From Hormiphora californensis (Eukaryota; Animalia; Ctenophora), in contig CM035351.1 of NCBI GenBank assembly GCA_020137815.1, positions 3,286,001 to 3,350,000 on the forward strand: a stretch of 64,000 bases of DNA, read 5' to 3'. Position numbers and translations under genes: made by a program. Below, in pieces: positions 1 through 9,400 of this stretch (positions are counted from its first letter, which is position 1; every line of letters begins with the position of its first letter). The notes beneath the pieces were generated by a model, which had not been told where the DNA came from, ran no database searches, and was given only the letters and a program-made list of their open reading frames with translations.

Positions 1-330
1 ATCAGTCTACCCGGCTTTTCGTACCGAATTCGGACGAATTTAGGCTTCCGTCCGATTTTGGTGCATATTGTCATCCTAGCGGACATCTCTACGAAGTCTG
101 GAGTCTCAACTCCAAAATTTCAATTCGGAACTTAGGGCGATTTTAGGCCATTTTAGCGTTTTTCAATTAGCGATAATTAACGAACCGAACATTGTTCAGA
201 CTTAAACTCTGCGGTATTTGAACCTCTATTGCCACCTCTTAGCATGGGAGAAGTTTCATAGAAATCAGAGGAGGTGACTGTAATTATTGCCTCTACTATA
301 ATAAATCGCCACACATTTAGCTCGCCACAC

Positions 331-2947
331 ATGGAGCAGGTAGACCAGATCATCTTGGTGACACTCCGAGAGTTGGGCCTGACACTGGATGATGACATCA
401 CCACTCTCTCCCACCTGTCCGATGTTCAGGTTTGAGCTGTCAGAGCATTGGCCTGACCTTATTCTCATTTCTATTCTCACGCGAGAACCGCCGTCAGAGC
501 ATTGGCCTGGCAGGGTTTGAGCGGGGTGTGGCGACCATGGAATCGTGGTACATAGTTCTCTTTTTGGAGTTTCGAAACTAAACAGGGAATGAATTCAGGT
601 TGTGGGAAGTGTAGCCCGGTGTCTCAACACAATACGAGGCAGCAGTGGGGAGAAGATCTCTGAGACACTTCCTGGTAATATGGCGATGAGATACCGGCTG
701 GGAATACAACTTGCTAACGCCTGCAAGGAGTTAGGGTATGTTTTCCATATATTTACAGTAATACAGTTCGTATATAATTTACTATTATGTGACATTATGA
801 CACCCTGTATATATAGCTGTGGGTTATAGTTAGGCGTTAGCTGTCAGGCTTCCTGTCTACTGTAAATTTCTAGGGGAAAGTAACACCCGGAATTATTTTT
901 GGAGTTATAACTTCCTTATAAGGCGAATAGCCCTGCGTCACTAACGCCCGCTCCCCTGATATTGCGACAGGTACAAGGCCGATATTGGCTACGAAACGTT
1001 TCTATACGCTAACGAAGTTGAAATCCGGCGACTCCTCATGTTTCCTAGGTGGAGAAACTACCTCGTACAGGAGGTGGAGGAGGTGGGGGAGGTGTGGACC
1101 AGACTAGTAGATCATCTTTGTTGTGTTCCATTGGGCGAGAGTTTAAACGGCAACTCTCCCTTCCCTGGCTCCCCTGCCCCATTACAAGTCCCTAATGGCA
1201 CTGTTTGGGATGGACCAACTACCTTCCACACTGTGTCCGGGTTTACTTCCTTCTCCTCTACCCCCTTGGCTCTCTCGAGAAGGGAAGTCCTGGCGCAACA
1301 GTGCTCTCCAGACCACCTTCTTTGCAGTTTAGTTGCCCTGAACTCCAAACTCAGTCGAGATCTCGATATAACGAACATCAGTTCCAAGACCACTGCTGCT
1401 TCTGTTACAGCTCTTTCGCCGGAGAAGCGAGGAAAGATCAGAGAGTTGGTTAGTAAAGCAGCTTCGGAGGCTGCTGTTTCCACCCTTACTCCCTCATCAC
1501 CAGTGGGTCTGGGTAGTATTAGACTGAGTGCTACGTCACCAATAGCGGCTGATGAACCGTTGAAAAGTGAGGAAAGAGGAGAGGAGAAGGAGGATGAGAA
1601 AACAGAGGAAGAGTTACTAGAGGAGCAGAGAAATGAGGCTGCAGAGTTAGAGGAGGTGTTGGAGGGGTTAGTAGAGAAGGAACGAGAGATGAGGGGCAAG
1701 ATAGAGGGTGCAGGGGAGAAGCTGAAGGGACTAGAGGAGGGGTGTAAGGGCAAGGAAGTGGAACTGGAGGCTCTTGGAGCGGAGTACCAAGTGAAAAAGA
1801 AGACCCTACAGTTAGTCCCTACAGAGGAAAGTCCTGTTAAAGCGATGCGGGGAAAGCTGGATACTGTCCAAAAGGAATCCCTTCATGTTCAGGTAATATA
1901 TATTTGTCACTTCCATTTTCCCAGCTCTGAATACTTAGTACTAGGCACTTCATTCCTAGTACTAGGCACTATGTTTCTCCCCTTCATTCCTAGTACTATA
2001 GGTATTCTCTCTGTCGTTCAACCCTACTACTCTGTCGTTCCTACTAAGTAGTAGGCACTTCTCTCTGCCGTTCCTACTAAGTAGCAGGGTAGTTATAAAA
2101 CCCCTTCCTACTTAGTATGATTTAACAAGCCGTGAATTCTCCGTGTGACACGTTTTGTAATTCATTGTGACAGCTGAGTATGCCATATTATATTATCCAC
2201 TTCTCTCCTTCTATCCTTATCTCTCTCTATCTTTCTATCTCTCCCTCTCTCTCTCTCTCTCCTTCTATCTCCCTCTCTCCCACTATCTCTCTACCTCCCA
2301 TTTCTGCACAGGACATGTGGATAGCCAGGGAGAACCAACTGCGAGCCCAAATCCAGGACCTCACCTCCGAACTAGCGGTCAAGGAATCCCTAACCGCCGA
2401 ACTGGTCACCGAGATCCGGGACATGAGGGCTGAGATAACCTCCCTGGTTTCCGGTATAGACGAGAGAGAGGAGGAGCAGAAGGAGTTGGAGAGACAGGCT
2501 GGCAAACTAACGGGCAAGATCAATAGGAACTCTCACACGAGGAAGATCCTTGATACTGTTGAGCGGATAAAGCGGCAGAAGAAGCAGATAGATACGATAT
2601 TGAGTGACACGAGGGTTGTTCAGAAGGAAATTAACTCACTAAACGGGAAGATAGAACGAGTCTTCATTGAAACAGATGAGATAATATTCCGAGATGCAAA
2701 GAATAATGAACTCTGTAAACAAGCCTATAAACTTCTTGCTAACCTACAATCTGAGTTCAATGCTCTGGTTCGGGCTCTGGATGATATTGGATCTATGAAC
2801 AGAGAGTTGAGAGATCTGGAGGATATGTTGTTAAGAGAGAAGGATAAGAATGTAGCGGCTCAGGTTGTGAAGGTGGAACATGATTTGGCGACGGTGGTGA
2901 GTGAGAATAAGAAGTTAGCTGCAACCATTGATGCGACAAGGAAATAA
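331..2947 (+). CDS. CCDC22: Coiled-coil domain-containing protein 22 (CCC/Commander complex); exons 331-429, 599-735, 971-~1892, ~2312-2947
   Basis: Spliced N-terminus MEQVDQIILVTLRELG..VVGSVARCLNTI..MAMRYRLGIQLANACKELG|YKADIGYETFLY resembles CCDC22 (MEEADRILIHSL..MSARFRLAMSLAQACMDLGY..LGYQNFLY). C-terminal coiled coil HTRKILDTVERIKRQKKQIDTILSDTRVVQKEINSLNGKIERVF..DEIIFRDAK. GT-AG junctions are in phase. Compensating 1-nt frameshifts at about 1041-1190. Confidence 0.9.
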
Positions 2948-3421
2948 TGATCACCTGTTTTCCGATGGTAGTATCATGGGTTTCAGCCTGGAACTTTCAG
3001 GCGATTTTGTGATTGTTGATATGTTGAGTAGGTTTAAGTACGAGTTTAGGGGACGGTTTTAGTTTTTGACCGGAGGTGTGTTTTATAAACTTTTACTTTT
3101 TTTATAGTGTGTTAGTTTTTGAATGATTAATTATTCCATTAAATTACCTTGTTACATCCTAATAAATCATGTGTGTGTGGTTGTGACGTTGACGTTCTAT
3201 TTTTTGTTTTCTGTTGTTACTTGTTGGATTGTTTTCTTCTCCCTTATCCCCCTCAATATACCAGTCCCCCCTCAATACAGCCCCCTTGATCCGCAGATCT
3301 GTACATTGCACAGTCCCCCGATCACCACAATTCGGTCTTTCAATAACACCCCTTCTCTCCATGATATATCTAGCAGTATGAGTCAGGAATAACACCCCTT
3401 CTCCCCATGATATCTAGCAGT

Positions 3422-6400
3422 ATGAGTCAGTTATATCAGGAATGTGCAAGGATCATTACACGTGTAATAGCCGGAACTGGATCAGTTAAATCACTCTGTC
3501 TCAACTCCAAGAACAGAGCCAAGAAGAAACTCTACGCTATCGTGTTTAATGTCCTACAGAGTAGGTTGAAATAAGTTGTCATCTCGTAGCGGCATCACTA
3601 ATTATTGTGATTAGTTGTGCACTAATCATTTATTAGTTATGCAGCTAGGAGAGGGGTTATTAGCGCGATGGCAAAGTCTCTAGTAGAGACTCTCTACTCA
3701 GCGCAGGGGGGAGAGTGGGTGGGTGGGTCAACTTCTACTCTTCCTCATTCCTTCCTTTCGCTTTCTCTCCCTCTTTGCCTTTTACCGTCCCTTCTAGAAG
3801 GCCCTGGAAGATCTTCTGCGGACCTAATTCCCTTTGCAATTATCCCCTCATCATTCCCGCTGATTCTCTAATCCCCACACTCTTTATATCCTAATCCTCA
3901 CACTTTATATCCCTGCAATATAGGATCTAGTATCATGTCAATCCAAGACCGTAACACGGTGTTTTACAACATCTACCCTCTCTCCGACACCACCACCTCT
4001 CTAGACGAACTAAGGCTACAATGCCTCGAGTTCCTCTCCCCTCATCTCGATATAATCTGGAATGCGGAGTGTTTCACCCTCACCCCGGTCTCCCATCCCT
4101 CCCACCCGCACCTCAAGGGCCAGGTGTGGTTTGATAGCTCCCTGGAGGATGAGTGGTATGTGGTGTGGTTGCTACGGAAACTAACGGCCCAATTCCCGGG
4201 GATCGTCTCCAAGGTCTGGGATGACGATGGAGAGTTCATGTTGATCGAGGCATCTGATGCGGTACCCCCCTGGCTTATCCCTGAAATTAGTGACAACAGG
4301 GTGTTCTTATACCAGGGTAAGGTGGCGATAGTACCCCAGCCTACCACCCCAGCCCACATGGGTCTATTTCCCATGACGGGGGTCACACTTGACCAAGCCC
4401 TTCGGTGTATACCCCATATTAACCTTGAGGAAGAATCAGCCCGAATTGACAAGTTGGTGTGTGAACGATTATCTGATTTTCCCGAACGAAGTCTCCACAA
4501 GAGCAGGGTACACCTGCCTGTCACTCTCGTCCATGCACTCTCCCAGAACCCCGGTCTCATCTCCAGTATCATCAGCATGTACCTGTACGCAGATCGGCAG
4601 GAGATCGCCTCAGTTGTAAAGCACAAACGCCTCCAGTGGGTGGACACCTGTGACACTAACATCACTCTGACGAGATGCCAGTATGCACAGTTGTACAGTC
4701 AGAGGATCAGTAGCACCCCGGCATGGCCGAGTAAACCCGCTGGACATGTGGATCACCTGGCCCGACAGCTGGGGTTGAAAGTGACACTGGGTGCCGAGCT
4801 CGCTCTCTCTGTTGCAGACGGGGAGACAGGGACTGATGCGGAGTTTGTGAGGTATCGTAAGAAGTTGGAGGGTATGGGGTACTTTAGAGGTGACATGGAG
4901 GGATCAGCAACATACAAAGAACAGCTGAGGAAGGCAGAGTTGTTCTACAAGTCATCTCAGGAACACGACACTAGTGGTAATGTGTGGATGTCCAATAGCA
5001 GGGCTCTATCCCATCTTGTGGACTCCTCAGCAGCAGTGGATCTAGATCAGTACAGAGGTGCGGATGTTAGTGAGTCTGATCCGGATGGGTGGATGGATGT
5101 CATGCCTGTGGATATCCAGAGATGGTTCCTGAGGGGCCGGGAGCACGATAAAAGTACGAGTACTGGATCCACCACTAAAAACAAAGGTCCTTCTAATCAT
5201 CCTGATAAGGTAGACGAGATATCAACCCGGAACATGGATGTGATAAACAGCCGACTCCAGTCGTTTGTTGAGCAGGTATCCAGTCATGAGGGGGCTGAGG
5301 TACCGGGTGATCTAAATCTGAACCCTGATGATTTCTTTAGTGCTCTCCAGGGACTGAAGGATCAGGTAGATAGAGCACGGGAGAAGGAGGATGAGAGTGG
5401 CAGTGAAGATACATCCTCCATAGAGTCTGATCTGAGAGCTGAGTCGGAGGAGGAGATGAGAGAATACATGAGAGAGCTAGAGGGTCAGCTAGGGAAGACT
5501 ACTCTAACTGAGTCATTCGAAAAGGGGCAGGATGGAGAGCTGGATATTGATTTTAACTTGGTTTCCAATATTCTGAACTCGTTCTCTGCTGACTCAGGGT
5601 TAGATGGTCCAGCGTCTAGTGTGTTGGCTTCTCTTGGTGTCAGGTTGCCTAGAAACGAGGACAATTTTTAGTGAACTGATGTATATTTTAACATGTGTGT
5701 GCTTTTATTTTACCTCTACATATTTTAATTTTTTTAAAGTTGCTGAACAAAATAATGTGTTGTTAATAAATCCAGTGTGTCCAACTCTTTTGGTAATGAA
5801 ATTACCCCTCCACGCAAGCTCAAGCCTCAAGGAGCAGCGTATTAGGGGTGACTTCCTAACCAAACAACTCTTCTAACACGAAGGAACCAGCAGGAAGGGA
5901 GGATGTCTCTAAAACAGATATTGTTTGACGAGGATGCTCTCTCCAAACTACCCGACCTAGTTGACCTTCTCCAGAGGGGCTGCATCCCTGAGGGCGAGAT
6001 AATCCAACTATTCCCCGCTCTCTCTACTCTCCTGAACGGCACTCTCCCACAACGTAAAATGGGTCTCTCTCTCCTCAAGTGTTGTATCCTCTACCTACAT
6101 TCCCGGAATAAGATCTCCGAACATGTTGATGTCATGGTAAAGTGGTGGAGAGCCGCGGTGGGATGTCTCAAATCCCGGTACTCGGCTGATTGCACATTCC
6201 GGTTAGCTGCCATCAACTGCACCCTCTTCACCCAGATAGCAGGTAGTTATGTGGACTTGTTGATCGAGGGTCGAGGTAGTGTCCCTATCATGGTGACAGC
6301 GTGTACCAGCCACCCATGTACTGAAACATTCACCATTCTCCCTCTCCTTGTCAAGCACTTCCCATCCCATATTGGCAAACATTTTGACCAAATCCGGGGT

Positions 6401-9400
6401 TTCTGTCTCAGTCAGGTGGGAGACTGGCCGGTGGAGGCAGGTGAGCTATTAGGCAGGTTGCCCTGTACCGGTCCAGCGGGTAAGAACAGTGCCACGTATG
6501 TTGTTAGTTGGAGAAAGGAGTTTGGGGCGTGTCTGGGTGGTCTGAGAGGGGTGTTAGGGAGGGTGACGGGTGCCCAGCAGGTGTTACAACAACACCAGGG
6601 TGATGCTAGGAAGGTGTTACCGGATATCACCCTCATTGGTAACCATGGTGATATAACAACAGCTAACAATCACGTGACATTCCTCTGTTCTGCTCTCCGA
6701 TCCCTGCTGACATCTTGTTCAGTAGAAGCACCTGTATCTGTACCTCTCTCAACTGTTAAGAGTCTTATTGAGGAGGTGGCAAGGAGTTATCAAGATTCTC
6801 TGTCCTTTATCTCCACCTCAGACAACTTTACTAAACGGCTCATCCTATCCCATACTGTGCTAGAGGTACTACAATTCCTGGGATCCCTCTTCAAAGTCCT
6901 CGGTACCACCACCCTCCTTCTCCAGCCGGCAACCGAACAACTCCTGATTCCTCTCCTACGATCACCAGCTACCTCTCTCCCTGCAGTCACCCTAATCCAC
7001 ACGATGGTGAGAGTGACTGGTAGTAGTGTGGGCGTCCCTCTAGTCATGTTAACCTCCCTTCTCTCTCTCAACCAGCTGACCCTAACAGCCGGGTCTGGGG
7101 GCCAGGTTACCAAGAAACAAAGGACGGAGCAGTTTAATACCCTAACATTTGAGAATTCTACCCTGGGATCACACGATGAGAGACTAATGGAGAAAGTACT
7201 GGAGGTTGTTAACGAGATTTTAACAAGCACTGGACCTTTTCTAGCACAAATGAAAAGTGAGGACTTGCGGGGGAAGTGTCAGGGGATAATTTCCAACTCG
7301 GCCTGTTTTTCACCATCATTAGTCCGTCTGGCTCACTCAACCTGCCTTCTTCTCTCAAGCCCAGAGGTATCTCTAGCCCATCAGACGAACTACTGGAGCC
7401 CAGATCTCACAGGGTTCTTTGCAAGCCAGATGAGGACAAGTGAAGCTCATATTCACCCCCAAAGGTGTTATATTACCGGACCACAACATTCCACTGAACA
7501 AACATCACTATTTGAGGGCAGCAACTCGACACAAAATCATCGGGGGAACCTTCGAGAAGAATTAGAGCACATGGCGGCCACCGCTGCTAAAGAATGTGCT
7601 ATCCCTTCCGTTCGGACTACACAAGAAGAGGAAGAGGAGGAAGAGATGGAGGTGGCAGTAGAAACAACAACACAGGAGGAGGAGAATGTGGGGGAGAATG
7701 GGTATACTTTAGATCTGCCACCAAAACCGGTCTTTGAGTTGCCACCATCATTGCAACAGCGGGCCACAAACCTTGTACAGAGTGGTAAAGAGAATTTGGT
7801 GATGAACAACAATACGAAACCTGAAGCACCGGTTATAGATTTGAAACAGGGAAGTGTGGAGTTACTGGACCTAATGTCTTCTTTCGTTGATGAACCTGCG
7901 AGTGATGGAGAGTGTTAGTTTTTAATTGTTAATTTATTTCTCTTTTAACTTTTATCAAATGGCTGCATTTGTTCTCCCCTTGTAACCCCTGTCTCTGACC
8001 CATGCTAACCCAAAATTGCTCCAACTGCCATTTCCCAGCGCAACCTACTCTTTCGCCCTTTCAAATCCCCCACTTTTATAGTTACCCCTCTAACCCCCTG
8101 TTACTAATACCACTACCCCCTCCCCCAGTTACTAATTCCACTACCCCCTCCCCCAGTTACTAATTCCACCTCTTCCTCCCTATCTGTAGAATGGCTGCAG
8201 CAGCAACACCAGGCTCTATGATGGAGAAATCATTCCAGCTCCAACTCCAAATGAAGCAAAACACGGAAGAAATGTCATCCTTTCTCAAGGACATGACCGA
8301 CTGGACCAAGGAGGTTAAACAAAAAGATAAGGATCTTATCACATCTAGTGACAGTAAACCATCCGAGGTCCTCCCTCCAATCCGGTGCCAGCCTAAACCT
8401 CGCAAGAAGAAGAAGAAGTCGGGAGCTGCTGTTTTAGCCACAGATCAGGACAAGCAAATCGGGCTCCTCAAAGATCAGGGGTAACGACTACCGAGCCTGG
8501 GACAAGTTTGATGTTGATGCTGCTATTAAGGAGATAGATGGTGGAAAGCAGCAGCAGGGGCAGAGTGATGAGGGGGATGTAGCAGGGGATCAGGATGGGG
8601 AGGAGAGTGATGCTAGTACTGATAATGAAATGTTGGACAAGCAGGAGGAGGAGAGGAAAACAAATGCAGGCAGTTTACCTCAAGGAGAAGGGAAATGACT
8701 TTCTTTAAACAAGGAAGTGGGAGGATGCTGTTGAGTGTTATACAAAGGGCCTCCAGTGTGATGCACTAAATGCTGTCCTATTCGCTAACCGTGCCATGGC
8801 CCTTATCAAGCTACAGAAGTATGCTGCTGCTATTGCTGATTGTGATTGTTCCATTGAGCTGGATGATGGGTATACCAAGGCGTATCTGAGGCGTGCTAAC
8901 TGCCCATCTGAAACTAGAGCACAAGGAGGAGGCCCTGGCTGATTTCAGGAAGGTGCTGGAGTTTGAACCTGAAAATAAGCTGGCACTGGGTACTGTTAGG
9001 AAACTAGAGGTAGAGCTGGCCCCACCAGTCCAGTACAAACCGAGAAAGGAGGGTGATATCACACACATGAGGACGGACCCTGCCTCCATCTGATAAACCC
9101 ATGGTTAGGATCCAGATCCACGATATCCGAAATGATGAGTATGATATCCGACCTGCCAGCAGAACCCCGGCCAAGTCAGTCCCTGAAACTCCAACAAATG
9201 TGAAATTTGAGACACTCCCAACTCGTATTCCGGCCAACTATCTCCAGTTTCAGACGGACTTCAGGAAGTTGAGAACCAACCCTGAGGCTCTCTTTAAATA
9301 CATCAAACAAATCGACCCTGATATCTACCCTAAATTGTTCCAGGATTCTCTAGAGGCTGACCAACTATTTATCATCCTAGACATTCTGAACAAGTTCTAT

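Noticed and set aside
437-515. CAGAGCATTGGCCTG repeat in CCDC22 intron 1 as an intronic snoRNA
   Set aside because: No C/D or H/ACA boxes. A reverse-complement copy at about 57476-57548 shows it is a dispersed repeat.
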